A DNA stretch of 64,000 nucleotides from an uncultured Clostridiaceae bacterium (GTDB taxonomy: Bacteria; Bacillota; Clostridia; TANB77; CAG-508): the NCBI GenBank assembly GCA_946998225.1, contig CAMPYH010000002.1:121598-185597 (forward strand). The letters run 5' to 3'. The notes under the pieces are model-generated. The model saw only the letters and a list, made by a program, of their open reading frames with translations. It made no database searches and was not told the DNA's origin. Of this stretch, positions 49,301-58,675 are shown in pieces (the stretch's first letter is position 1; every line of letters starts with the position of its first letter). Made by a program: the position numbers and the translations under genes.

Positions 49301-50818
49301 TTGTGGTATTAAAACACCCGGATTTACGAAGCTAGAAAATCTATCGATTTCTTTTCCGTCTTTAATTTTAATAACACCTATTTCAATTATTTCATTATTT
49401 CTAAAAGAAAGTCCTGTTGTTTCAATATCCAAAAATGAATATACACTTCCTTCTATTTTTTGACCTTTATAGTTAAATATTGGATCTTCTTTATCATTTA
49501 CCATAAATCCATCAAGTCCATATAAAACTTTGAAATCTTCAAAATCATTTGTAAGATTCATAATTGTAGGAAATACTTGTACTCCAGCATCATCTGTTAT
49601 ACCTATTCCAGGCATATTATATTCTCTCGCTCTTTTAATTAAATCTACTGGATTAATTACACCTTCAAGCATACTCATTTTAGTATGGCATCTAAGTTCA
49701 ACTCTTTTTCTAGGATATGTATCTTTTCTTTTATTCTTTGCCATTACTTCAGCTTCATATATAGAATCTGCCATAATTATTAAATCTTGTGAATATGGAT
49801 CGTATTGTGCCATTCCATATACTTTTGCACCTTTTCCTACGGCTATATATTTATTTGCAAGTTCATATTTATTGCTGTTTACAAACTTTTTAATATTCAT
49901 GGTTGTTGTACCATCATATAAAGCAAATGTGAAAAGTGTTGAATCATTTTTTTCAATATATCTTTGTTCTACTTTAATTATTTCACCTTGAACTAAAACT
50001 CTACCACTATAGTTATTTATTTCTGTCATCTTATACATTTGTATATTTTTACTACCATATTGGTTTCTTCCATCAATAAGTCCAGATGCTGGAAGTTTTA
50101 ATTCTGCTTCAGGATCTTCAGTTTTCTCTTTTTTTGCATCTTTTTTTCTAACTCTTTTAACAGATACTTTCATAGAATTTAGATCTATTTTCATATTTCC
50201 ATCATTTGTTTTAGTAATATTTTCTGTATATTTTTCTTCTACTTCTATATCTTTTTTAACTAATTCCTTTTCATCATTAAATGCACTTAAAAAGGATTCT
50301 TTTTGTTCTAAAACAATTTTGTCTTTTTTATCTTCCTCTTTAATTTCTTTTGTTTCTTTAGTTCCATTTAATGTACACATACAATTAAATCCTAAAATCT
50401 TATTTAAACTATCTCTTACTAATTCATCTAATTTTAAATCTCCTAAAAAAAGACTTAATTGATCTGATGCATTTACAACTAAACAACCATTGTTTTCTTC
50501 TATTGTAGTGTTTTTAAGCATGCTTTCACCAAATGGTATATCATATGCTATATATTTTTTAATATTATCCCAATCATCAGTTATTTGCTTTATTTCAAGT
50601 TTTACTGGACTGGTATAATTTATTTCTAAATTCAAATCTTTTTGATAGTTTTGATTTATCCAATTTCTAAGGCCTAATGCTTCTTTTACAGAAATTAAAT
50701 TATCTGACTTTAATTTTAAATCTATTTTATCTTTTCCAGCTTTATATTTAGTTATTTCAGAAAACATTAAACTTTCTGAAAGATCATAGCCTTTAAATAT
50801 ATTTGTAATTTTATCCAT
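46361..50818 (-). CDS. polC: DNA polymerase III PolC-type alpha subunit
   Basis: About 1485 aa with the PHP domain, the inserted DEDDh exonuclease (FLDIETTGL...HNADFD...HRAVDD) and the polymerase core. The likely start is ATG 50818; the track begins one codon earlier at a TTG. Confidence 0.97.
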   Translation of the reverse strand: MDKITNIFKGYDLSESLMFSEITKYKAGKDKIDLKLKSDNLISVKEALGLRNWINQNYQKDLNLEINYTSPVKLEIKQITDDWDNIKKYIAYDIPFGESMLKNTTIEENNGCLVVNASDQLSLFLGDLKLDELVRDSLNKILGFNCMCTLNGTKETKEIKEEDKKDKIVLEQKESFLSAFNDEKELVKKDIEVEEKYTENITKTNDGNMKIDLNSMKVSVKRVRKKDAKKEKTEDPEAELKLPASGLIDGRNQYGSKNIQMYKMTEINNYSGRVLVQGEIIKVEQRYIEKNDSTLFTFALYDGTTTMNIKKFVNSNKYELANKYIAVGKGAKVYGMAQYDPYSQDLIIMADSIYEAEVMAKNKRKDTYPRKRVELRCHTKMSMLEGVINPVDLIKRAREYNMPGIGITDDAGVQVFPTIMNLTNDFEDFKVLYGLDGFMVNDKEDPIFNYKGQKIEGSVYSFLDIETTGLSFRNNEIIEIGVIKIKDGKEIDRFSSFVNPGVLIPQEIIDITKITNEMVKNAPDIKTVISDFYDFIGDSILVAHNADFDIGFLRYNVEKHIGKVLDNTYLDTLRLSQILIPEIKRYTLGRIANFFNITVDVAHRAVDDVETMIAVTRKMFKRIEEKGVDTWEDFSKNYEVDDGVYQRLRTHRITIFAQNQKGLLNLYRLVSFSHVKYFYIKARILRSILTNHLEGLILGSGGINGEVYEAVISGKSEKEILDIMSFYDFIEVVPFENALALKREQNIKDENQWAEINKYIISLAESLGKIVAATGDVYLLDKEDKIYREIIKTGKKQRDADIQPEVYFRTTNEMINAFKYLGQEKAEEIVIDNPIKIMDMCEKVVPISPEKCPPRIDGSDKELTELVMTKAKRIYGDEIPKLIKERIDTELHSIISNEFAVLYILAHKLVKKSNDDGYMVGSRGSVGSSLVAYMAGISEINSLPPHYICPNCKYSEFSDVAANGYDLPDKVCPKCGTKLRKDGMNIPFETFLGFSGDKEPDIDLNFSSEYQAIAHNYTLELIGDGETYKAGTIGTIAEKTAYGYTKHFFEEKDKHLTKPEIERISLGCKDVKASTGQHPGGIIVLPAGREINEFTPIQRPADNMDVDIITTHFDYHAIEHNLLKLDILGHDNPTILRMLEDITKVAPKDIPLDDKTTMSLFSANNVLNIDEEKYPLDIRKIPNDVGTKGIPEFGTNFVQEMLRKTRPTTFDELIRISGLSHGTNVWLGNAEELINEGICTLKDAICTRDDIMVYLINKGVPHANSFKIMESVRKGRGLTDDQEAMMREHNVPDWYIDSCKKIRYMFPKAHAAAYVTAAFQIAWYKVNYPKAYYATFLSVKGKDFDGFLMSGEYFTVLENYMELINKPKLSDVEKNMLVIFDIVIEMYRRGIKFLPVDLYKSHYKNFLIEEDGIRMPFSALPGLGEKASFGIYEAAQERIKQNLKFTTRDMLREKAKIGDSIIELLSKAGALEGLPESNQISFFEL

Positions 50819-50889
50819 CAATTTTCCCTTTTTATTAATTTTGACTAATAAATAATTGCATCTAGTTTTAGGTGCAATTTTTATTTTAT

Positions 50890-51504
50890 CTATTTCTTAT
50901 TTTCAAGTAAAATTCGTTTTAAATATTTTGGATCAACAGTTTTGATTATCTCATCTCTATATTCTGAATCATCTGGTTGATTCGGTATTTTTATGTCTTT
51001 AAATTTAAAAAGAAATGAATTCTTATGAATAAATTGTATATCTTTTATATTCATAATTGTTTTTATAAATGAATTGCTTATACTTCCATATCTTATATCT
51101 TTTAAATTATCATATTTTAATACTTTATCTTTATTAAAATACATATTTTTTCTAACTATTTTATCTTTGTATAGTAGATATATTGTATGCTCAAAAATCT
51201 TGTAATCTACTATAGCTTTTAATAGTAAAGTTAAAAACATAAAAAGAACTACCAGTCCCGATAAAACTTTATTATCTCCTGTAAAAATTATTAATATCAT
51301 AAATATAAATACAATTGTTATATTTATATTTAATTCATCATAAAACTTTAATAAGAAATTATATTTTGGTTTTATAATTTTTCTAACTTCTTTATCTTCA
51401 TAAAATGCTTTTATTTGTTTTTCTAAATTATCTTTTTTTACACTTTGTTTAGACTTAGTTTTTTTAACCACTTTTCTTCTTTTTCTTTCGATTTGTCTTT
51501 CCAT
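50890..51504 (-). CDS. Hypothetical membrane protein, possibly a bacterial PH-domain (YdbS/T-like) protein
   Basis: 204 aa with a Lys-rich N-terminus, 2 TM segments, then a roughly 100-aa soluble domain. The family call is weak. Confidence 0.4.
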   Translation of the reverse strand: MERQIERKRRKVVKKTKSKQSVKKDNLEKQIKAFYEDKEVRKIIKPKYNFLLKFYDELNINITIVFIFMILIIFTGDNKVLSGLVVLFMFLTLLLKAIVDYKIFEHTIYLLYKDKIVRKNMYFNKDKVLKYDNLKDIRYGSISNSFIKTIMNIKDIQFIHKNSFLFKFKDIKIPNQPDDSEYRDEIIKTVDPKYLKRILLENKK

Positions 51505-51512
51505 TTTATCCC

Positions 51513-52334
51513 TTAAATTAAAATATATTTAAATAGTATAAATGCTATAGGCGCTACAAATATTAAGCTGTCTATTCTGTCTAGTATTCCGCCATGTCCT
51601 AATAAAATATTTCCATAGTCTTTTTTGTTAAAAGCTCTTTTAATATATGATGCAAGTAAATCTCCAAATTGACTAAGTACACTTATTACAAATGTTATTA
51701 AAAGAACTGTATAAATATTAAACTGAGATCCATCAATTCTTAATGTTTTAATACCTATAATATATATAATTCCTATTGTTACTAAAGCTGTTATTACTCC
51801 TCCAACGCTTCCTTCTATAGTCTTATTAGGACTTAGCTTTGTTAGTTTATGTTTTCCAAATTTTGTTCCTATTAGATATGCACCTGAATCTGTCATCATA
51901 ACTGCAAACATTAAAATCATATATAATGCATGTCCATTTTTTAATGTAAATAGTTCTGGTATAAAAGAAAGCATAAATGGTATGTATAAATATCCAAAAT
52001 TTGAGATTGTAAGCTCATTTATATTTGTTTTTTCATATTTTATAATTGCAATTATTCCAGATAGCATAAAACCTAAAATAATTATTTCCTTTGCATATAT
52101 CTGAGTAGTTTCAAATACAAGTCCTGATAATGTATATAAAAGTACTAAAAAATATCCTATATATTTATATATCTTATTATCTACTTCTACCACATTAAAA
52201 TATTCATATATTGCAAGACACGCCTCTATACCAACAATTAATAAAGCATATGTATAACTTTCTAGTAATACTACAGACATTACTAGCATAAAATATATAA
52301 TGCTTGTAAGGCTTCTTTTTATAAATTTACTCAA
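51513..52334 (-). CDS. cdsA: Phosphatidate cytidylyltransferase
   Basis: SDSGAYLIGTKFGKHKL..SPNKTIEGSVGG and GHGGILDRIDS motifs. Confidence 0.9.
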   Translation of the reverse strand: MSKFIKRSLTSIIYFMLVMSVVLLESYTYALLIVGIEACLAIYEYFNVVEVDNKIYKYIGYFLVLLYTLSGLVFETTQIYAKEIIILGFMLSGIIAIIKYEKTNINELTISNFGYLYIPFMLSFIPELFTLKNGHALYMILMFAVMMTDSGAYLIGTKFGKHKLTKLSPNKTIEGSVGGVITALVTIGIIYIIGIKTLRIDGSQFNIYTVLLITFVISVLSQFGDLLASYIKRAFNKKDYGNILLGHGGILDRIDSLIFVAPIAFILFKYILI

Positions 52335-52336
52335 AT

Positions 52337-53038
52337 TTATTTACCCCCAAATCTTCTTTCTCTTCTATCAAATTCATTAATTGCCTCTTTTAAATCTTCT
52401 ATTTTAAAATCTGGCCACTTTTTATCTACAAAGTATAGTTCTGAATATGTACCTTCCCATGTTTGGAAATTACTTAGTCTCATTTCTCCGCTTGTACGGA
52501 TAATAAGTTCTGGATCTGGTATTTCTGGTGAATACATTTTAGAAGATATATATTCTTCTGTTATATCTTCTTTTTCTATTTTTCCTTCTTTTATATCATC
52601 ATAGATAGACCAAATTCCTTCTAGAATTTCTCTTCTTCCACCATAGTTAAAGCAAAGATTTAAAACTAATTCCGTATTATCTTTTGTTTTTTCCATGGCT
52701 TCATATTTCATTTTTTTAAGTGAAGGTGTTAAACGATCATCTGATCCAGAGAAAACAACTTTAATATTATGTTTTTTTGCATCTTTTATTAATTTCTTGA
52801 AATACATTGAAAAAAGATTCATTAGATATGTAACTTCTACTTTTGATCTTTTCCAGTTTTCAGTAGAAAAAATATATACCGTTAAAACATTAATAAGTTT
52901 TTCTTTTTTTATAGCTTTAATAAGCTCTTCTAGATTCTCCGCACCTTTTTTATGCCCATATTCTGGCTTTTTACCTTGCTCTTTAGCCCATCTTCTATTT
53001 CCATCTAAAATGATAGCTATATGATTTAATTTACTCAT
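52337..53038 (-). CDS. uppS: Undecaprenyl diphosphate synthase
   Basis: HIAIILDGNRRWA, STENWKR and IRTSGE.RLSNF motifs. Confidence 0.95.
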   Translation of the reverse strand: MSKLNHIAIILDGNRRWAKEQGKKPEYGHKKGAENLEELIKAIKKEKLINVLTVYIFSTENWKRSKVEVTYLMNLFSMYFKKLIKDAKKHNIKVVFSGSDDRLTPSLKKMKYEAMEKTKDNTELVLNLCFNYGGRREILEGIWSIYDDIKEGKIEKEDITEEYISSKMYSPEIPDPELIIRTSGEMRLSNFQTWEGTYSELYFVDKKWPDFKIEDLKEAINEFDRRERRFGGK

Positions 53039-53574
53039 TATACAGTCATAATCTCTCTTTCTTTTTCTTTATATACTTCATCTATTTGTTTTGTATATTT
53101 ATCTGTTAAATCTTGAACTCTTGTTTCTTCTCTTCTTTCATCATCTTCTGGAAGTTCTTCTAATTTTACAGCATCAAGAGCTTCTCTTCTTATATTTCTA
53201 ATACTTATTTTAGCTTCTTCTGCATATTCTTTTAAATCTTTAGCTATTTCTTTTCTTCTTTCACCTGTTAAATCTGGAAATATTAATCTAAGATTTTGTC
53301 CATCATTTTGTGGAATTATTCCAAGATCTGCTTCTATTAAAGCTCTTTCTACATCTTTTATAACATTTCTGTCCCATGGTTTAATAAGAATTTGTTTTGC
53401 TTCAGGAACGCTTATACTTGCTACTTGGTTAATTGGTGTACTTGTTCCATAATACATAACATTTACCTTGTCTAATATTCTAGGATTAGCTCTTCCAGCT
53501 CTTATTTCTCCATATGTTTCTTTTAAATATTCTATTGCATTTTTCATTTTATTTTCAAATCCACTAAAATCCAT
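53038..53574 (-). CDS. frr: Ribosome recycling factor
   Basis: 178 aa with IRAGRANP and IRNIRREA motifs. Confidence 0.95.
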   Translation of the reverse strand: MDFSGFENKMKNAIEYLKETYGEIRAGRANPRILDKVNVMYYGTSTPINQVASISVPEAKQILIKPWDRNVIKDVERALIEADLGIIPQNDGQNLRLIFPDLTGERRKEIAKDLKEYAEEAKISIRNIRREALDAVKLEELPEDDERREETRVQDLTDKYTKQIDEVYKEKEREIMTV

Positions 53575-53642
53575 TTTTGTCTCCTATTTATTTCATATAT
53601 TTATATACTATATTTTTTTCTAGTCTAATTCAAGACTAAAAA

Positions 53643-54392
53643 TTAATATGGTACTTCTAATTTAAATTTATTTTCGTCTATTTCATCATATTTATATACA
53701 TATATTATATTATTTTCTTTTTTTAATTTTTCATCAATTTTAATAAAATTTTCTCCTGAACTATTAGCTTTAGTTTTTGTAATTAAATCTTTATCTTTTA
53801 AAATACATACAGGTAAAGATTTTTTAAATTTTATACAATATGTATTTTTGTACTTTAACATTTCAAATCTAGATGAGTCTAAAAGTTCATTATCTCCTAC
53901 ATATATATTTGCAGAATCTAAAATTGGCAGTATTTTCTTAATTTCTGTTTCATACCTTTTACCAGTTATTCTTTTAATCTTTAATCTTTTAAAAAAGCCA
54001 AGTTCTTTAAATGGATTATATATTTCAATATCTTCCAAATACTTAAAACTATCTATATATTTTTTTTCCATATTTTCTTTATTTAAAAGAATACCAGCAT
54101 TTTCCTTATCTAAATATATTTCCTTTTTATTTGTATTAATTTTATACAGATTAAAACTCTTTTTGAATTCCTTAAATTCTGTATTTACTGAATCTATTTC
54201 ATCTCTATATATATTAGTATACTCTCCATAGGAAAATTTAGCTTTACTTAAATATTCATCTATACTTTTTTCCATATTAGATATATCTTTTAATTTTAAA
54301 AAAAGCATAAATACTAAAATACATATACAGCATAAAAATGCACCAATAAAGATACATATATACTTTTTATTTTTATTCACATCTATCCTCAC
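53643..54392 (-). CDS. Hypothetical N-terminally anchored protein
   Basis: 249 aa with one N-terminal TM segment. No family recognised. Confidence 0.45.
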   Translation of the reverse strand: MRIDVNKNKKYICIFIGAFLCCICILVFMLFLKLKDISNMEKSIDEYLSKAKFSYGEYTNIYRDEIDSVNTEFKEFKKSFNLYKINTNKKEIYLDKENAGILLNKENMEKKYIDSFKYLEDIEIYNPFKELGFFKRLKIKRITGKRYETEIKKILPILDSANIYVGDNELLDSSRFEMLKYKNTYCIKFKKSLPVCILKDKDLITKTKANSSGENFIKIDEKLKKENNIIYVYKYDEIDENKFKLEVPY

Positions 54393-54452
54393 ATTTACTT
54401 AAATAATATATTAATTAAAAAACTTCTTCAAACAAAATTACATATAAAAAAC

Positions 54453-54469
54453 GAGCTATAAATTAGCTC
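54453..54469 (-). terminator. Intrinsic terminator after greA
   Basis: GAGCTA / TAGCTC stem followed by GTTTTTTAT on the minus strand. Confidence 0.6.
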
Positions 54470-54482
54470 ATTTTTCCTTTAT

Positions 54483-54953
54483 CTAATATTTAATATTTAT
54501 TATTTTATATTCCATTTTACCAGCAGGTGCTTCAAAGAAAACTATATCTCCTTTTTTACTTCCCATAAGTGCTTTTCCTAATGGAGAGTCTTCAGATATT
54601 TTCTTTTCTGCAAAATTTGCTTCAGGCGCACTAACTATTTTAAATACATTATTTAATTGTTGTGAAAGCTCTGTAAGCTCTACTGTACTTCCTACTTGTA
54701 CTATATTTTTGTTTATTTTCTTTTCATCTATTATATCTGCATTTTTAAGAATATCTTCAAGCTCTGCAATTCTTCTTTCATTTTGTTCATTTGCATTTTT
54801 AGCTTCATCATATTCTGCATTTTCAGATAAATCTCCATGTTCTTTAGCTACTTTTAATCTTTCTGCTATTGCTTCTCTTTCTTCTTCTTTTAAATATTTT
54901 AATTCTTCTTTTACTTTATTATATCCTTCTTCAGATAATAATATCTTTTCCAT
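54483..54953 (-). CDS. greA: Transcription elongation factor GreA
   Basis: 156 aa with HGDLSENAEYDEAK in the coiled coil and a C-terminal SPLGKALMG motif. Confidence 0.93.
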   Translation of the reverse strand: MEKILLSEEGYNKVKEELKYLKEEEREAIAERLKVAKEHGDLSENAEYDEAKNANEQNERRIAELEDILKNADIIDEKKINKNIVQVGSTVELTELSQQLNNVFKIVSAPEANFAEKKISEDSPLGKALMGSKKGDIVFFEAPAGKMEYKIINIKY

Positions 54954-54975
54954 TTTATTCCTTCCTTGTCTCTTT

Positions 54976-56556
54976 TTATTTATTAAATTCTTCTATTTCT
55001 TTTTCTATATCTAATCTTTTAAATATTGGTTCAACTTTTTCTTTTACTTTTATTTCACCAGTATAATCTATCTTAAAACTTTCATAATGTCTATAGTCAT
55101 CTAAGATATTTAAGATATTTAGCGCTTCATTTGCTGTGTTTTCCATAAAAGGCATTATTGCTATACTTATTAACCTTACAGCTTCCACTAAATTATATAG
55201 TACTAAATTAAGCTCTTTTTTATCTTCATTTTTATTTAATTCCCATGGCTTTTTAATATCTATATATTTATTTATTTTATCTATACCTTTCCATATATTT
55301 TCTATTGCTTTTTGTATATGGAAAGTTTCAAATTCTCTTTCAAAATCTTCTAGCATTTCATTTAAGATGTTTTTAAATTCTTTTACTTCTTCTTTATTTT
55401 TATCCAATATATCTTTAACTTCTTCTTCAGTTAAAATTCCATTTTTATATGAATTAAGCATTCCTGCTGTTCTAGAAATTAAATTTCCCAAATCATTTGC
55501 TAAATTATAGTTATAGTTTTCTACAAAAGATCTTATTGAGAAATTTCCATCTTTATCATATGGAATCTCTTTTAATAGATATTGCTTTAAAGCATCAATT
55601 CCATACTTTTTAGCAAGATCATCTGGATATATTGTATTTCCCTTAGATTTACTCATCTTTTCATTTTCTACAACAAACCAATTATGTGCAAAAATTGTTT
55701 TTGGAAGAGGTAAATCTAATGCCATTAAAAAGATTGGCCAATAAATTGCATGAAATCTAATTATATCTTTTCCAACTATATGTACATCAGCTGGCCACCA
55801 CTTATCGATCATTTCAGATTTTTCACCAGGAAGATATCCAAGTGCTGTAATATAGTTTGTAAGGGCATCAAGCCATACATATAATATGTGCTTTTCATTT
55901 TCTTTAACAGGTATTCCCCATTTAAATGATGTTCTTGTAACAGATAAATCATTTATTCCTTCTTTCAAAAATGAATTCATTATTTCATTTTTTCTAGATT
56001 CTGGAATTACAAAATTTGGATTTTCCTCATAATGTTTTATAAGTCTTTCTCTATATTTTTCCATATTGAAAAAATATGCTTCTTCTTCCATATCTGTTAA
56101 TTCTTTTCCGCAGTCAGGACATTTGTTGTCATGTTCTTTTGCTTTAGTATCTGTAACATATGTTTCACAAGATACACAGTATTTGCCTTTATATTTTCCT
56201 AAATATACATCACCATTTTTTAAAAAATATGAAAATATTTTTTGTACAGCTTCAACATGAAAATCATTTGTAGTACGCATAAATATATCATAATTAATAT
56301 CTAGTTTCTTCCATAATTCTTTTGCATATTCAGCCATATCATCTACATATTCTTGTGGTTTCACATTTGCTTCTAATGCTTTCTCTTCTATCTTTTGTCC
56401 GTGTTCATCAAGTCCTGTTAATAAATATGTTTCAAATCCTCTTTGTTTTTTATATCTTTTAATTGTATCTGCAAGTATTGTTGTATATGCAGTACCTATA
56501 TGGAATCTTCCACTTGGGTAATATATTGGTGTTGTTACATAATATTTTTTATCCAT
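54976..56556 (-). CDS. metG: Methionyl-tRNA synthetase (short form, no C-terminal tRNA-binding domain)
   Basis: HIGTAY (HIGH) and KMSKSKGN (KMSKS) motifs and a zinc knuckle (CVSCE...CPDCG). The start overlaps the prfB stop by 8 nt. Confidence 0.95.
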   Translation of the reverse strand: MDKKYYVTTPIYYPSGRFHIGTAYTTILADTIKRYKKQRGFETYLLTGLDEHGQKIEEKALEANVKPQEYVDDMAEYAKELWKKLDINYDIFMRTTNDFHVEAVQKIFSYFLKNGDVYLGKYKGKYCVSCETYVTDTKAKEHDNKCPDCGKELTDMEEEAYFFNMEKYRERLIKHYEENPNFVIPESRKNEIMNSFLKEGINDLSVTRTSFKWGIPVKENEKHILYVWLDALTNYITALGYLPGEKSEMIDKWWPADVHIVGKDIIRFHAIYWPIFLMALDLPLPKTIFAHNWFVVENEKMSKSKGNTIYPDDLAKKYGIDALKQYLLKEIPYDKDGNFSIRSFVENYNYNLANDLGNLISRTAGMLNSYKNGILTEEEVKDILDKNKEEVKEFKNILNEMLEDFEREFETFHIQKAIENIWKGIDKINKYIDIKKPWELNKNEDKKELNLVLYNLVEAVRLISIAIMPFMENTANEALNILNILDDYRHYESFKIDYTGEIKVKEKVEPIFKRLDIEKEIEEFNK

Positions 56557-57662
56557 TATTTTTCACCTCTTTTTCTAAATATGTTTTAATAAATCCATCT
56601 AAATTTCCATTTAAAACAGATTCAACATTTCCTTCCTCATAATTTGTTCTATGATCTTTTACCAAACTATATGGTTGCATAACATATGATCTTATTTGAT
56701 TAGCCCAGCTTGAATGTATTGTTTCTCCTTTTAGCTCTTTAATTTTTTCTTTATTTTCTTCTTCCTTCTTAAAAAGCAATTTTGATTTTAATATCTTCAT
56801 AGCTATTTCTTTATTTTTACTTTGTGATCTTTCAGCTTCACAGCTTACACTAATATTTGTAGGCAAATGTGTTATTCTTACAGCTGTTTCGACCTTATTT
56901 ACATTTTGTCCGCCTTTTCCTCCAGATCTATATGTATCTATTTTAAGATCATTTAAATCTATATCTACATCATTTTCTAAATTTATCTCTGGTATAACCT
57001 CAACACCTGCAAATGTAGTATGTCTTCTTTTATTTGCATCGAATGGAGATATTCTAACTAATCTATGTGTTCCATGCTCGCTTTTTAAATATCCATATGC
57101 GTTTTCACCTTTAACTAAAAAGCTTACACTTTTAAGTCCTACCTCATCGCCTTTTTGAAAATCTAAAACATCTACTTTAAATCCTTTTCCATCGGCCCAT
57201 TTAATATACATATTAAATAGCATTTCGGTCCAGTCATTGCTTTCAGTTCCGCCTGCACCTTGAAAAATATTTACAATTGCATTATTGTGCGAATATTTAT
57301 CTTTAAATATTTTAGATATTTTAATCTCATCTATCTTTTCTTTCAGCCTAAATATTTCTTCATCTATGCTTAAAACCATTTCATTTAATTCATCATCTTT
57401 TATTTTATATTTTAGATCTTTTAAATATTTTAAATCTAGAATATTTTTATCTATTTCTTCAGTAATACTTTTAAATTCATCTAAGCTTTCTTTATATTTA
57501 GCAAGTTTAACACTTATATCTCTTGCATCATCTCTTGACCAAAAATTTTCTAAAAGCATCATACTATTAATATCTTTAATATTCTTTTCTAAAACTAAAG
57601 GATCAAAGTAACTCCTTTAATTCATTTTTTAAAACTTCTAACTCTTCTATCTTCTTATCCAT
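56549..57662 (-). CDS. prfB: Peptide chain release factor 2, with a programmed +1 frameshift
   Basis: Frame 0 runs from ATG at 57662 (MDKKIEELEVLKNELKELL) to an in-frame TGA at 57605-57603. The slippery site is CTT TGA T, preceded by an internal AAGGAG. The +1 frame continues DPLVLEKNIKDINSMMLLENFW into the 337-aa track ORF, which has the SGGKGGQ (GGQ) motif. Confidence 0.93.
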
Positions 57663-57685
57663 TAGTATCCTTTATATTATATTAT

Positions 57686-57723
57686 AAATACCTATTACGT
57701 CGCAGATGACATAATAGGTATTT
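57686..57723 (-). terminator. 16-bp stem-loop immediately 3' of tRNA-Ser (terminator or processing signal)
   Basis: Minus-strand RNA reads AAAUACCUAUUAUGUC-AUCUGC-GACGUAAUAGGUAUUU with one G-U pair; the plus-strand version would have a C-A mismatch. The U tract is weak (UUUAUAAU). Confidence 0.45.
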
Positions 57724-57724
57724 T

Positions 57725-57818
57725 TGGCGGAGAGTGAGGGATTCGAACCCTCGCGGCGGAAAAACTCCACCCTACAGGTTTAGCAAACCCGCCCCTTCAG
57801 CCTCTTGGGTAACTCTCC
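57725..57818 (-). tRNA. tRNA-Ser (anticodon GCU), type II with a long variable arm and encoded CCA
   Basis: Hand-folded. Acceptor stem GGAGAGU/ACUCUCC. 3-bp D stem CCC/GGG. Anticodon loop UUGCUAA. 6-bp variable arm. T arm GAGGG-UUCGAAU-CCCUC. Discriminator G plus CCA. Confidence 0.95.
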
Positions 57819-57829
57819 AGACTGCTTTT

Positions 57830-57858
57830 ATATTAGCATTTTATACTTTCTTTGTCAA
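57830..57858 (-). promoter_or_regulatory. Strong extended -10 promoter for tRNA-Ser
   Basis: Minus strand has TTGACA (57858-57853), a 17-nt spacer, then TGcTAATAT (-10 at 57835-57830). The mature 5' end lies 11 nt downstream of the -10. Confidence 0.7.
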
Positions 57859-57866
57859 TCCATTTA

Positions 57867-58610
57867 TTACAAGCTATTATCTAATATTTTAAAAAATACA
57901 TCACTTATTTTCTCATTAATTTCTATTAAATTTTCATTCTTTCCTATAGATACTTTATCTAAATTAATTATTCCAACAGGTTTTCCTTTTGCTAAAAACA
58001 TATTTGGTATATATGCTATAGGATAAACTAAAAGTGATGAACCAAGTACTAAAAGACTATCTGCATCATCTATAAGTTCTTGTATTTTTTTCATATCTTT
58101 AAGCTCTTCACCATATAAAACAACATCAGGTCTAATAAGACCACCACAAGTACAAAATATTTCTCTATCTTCAAGCATTTCGTTCATATCATATTTTTTA
58201 TTACATTTAGTGCAATAAAAATCTATTAAATTTCCGTGTGCTTCCACCACATTTTTACTTCCAGCTTTTTTATGAAGGCCGTCTATGTTTTGTGTAATTA
58301 CTCCTAAAACCCCGCCTTCTTTTTCAAGATTCGCAATTTTATTATATACATCCGTAGGAAAAGCTTCTTTGTAGTTCATATTCTCCCTAATATATTCATA
58401 AAACAATTCAGGATTTTTCATTAAAAAATCATGTGAAAGAATATATTCTGGATCTAGATTATAAAAGTTTTTAGAATATAAACCATCTTTTGATCTAAAG
58501 TCTGGTATGCCCGCTTCTTTTGAAAGACCTGCTCCGCTTAAAACTAATATTTTCGTTTTATCTTTAAACATATCTCTCATTTTATTAATATTTTCTAAAC
58601 TTTTTTCCAT
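57867..58610 (-). CDS. cobB: NAD-dependent protein deacylase (Sir2/CobB family)
   Basis: GAGLSKEAGIPDFRS, TQNIDGLH and the zinc ribbon CTKC...CTCGG. Confidence 0.9.
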   Translation of the reverse strand: MEKSLENINKMRDMFKDKTKILVLSGAGLSKEAGIPDFRSKDGLYSKNFYNLDPEYILSHDFLMKNPELFYEYIRENMNYKEAFPTDVYNKIANLEKEGGVLGVITQNIDGLHKKAGSKNVVEAHGNLIDFYCTKCNKKYDMNEMLEDREIFCTCGGLIRPDVVLYGEELKDMKKIQELIDDADSLLVLGSSLLVYPIAYIPNMFLAKGKPVGIINLDKVSIGKNENLIEINEKISDVFFKILDNSL

Positions 58611-58675
58611 ATATTTCTCCTACTTGAATATATAAAAATAATAAATAAAAAACCAATCATATCGATTGATTTTAA

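Noticed and set aside
53611-53634. TAGTCT/AGACTA hairpin upstream of frr
   Set aside because: The stem is only 6 bp. It has an A-run rather than a U-run after it on the transcribed strand, so it is not a convincing terminator.
56549-56556. Possible T-box or other leader for metG
   Set aside because: The metG start overlaps the prfB stop by 8 nt, so there is no leader region. No T-box is possible here.
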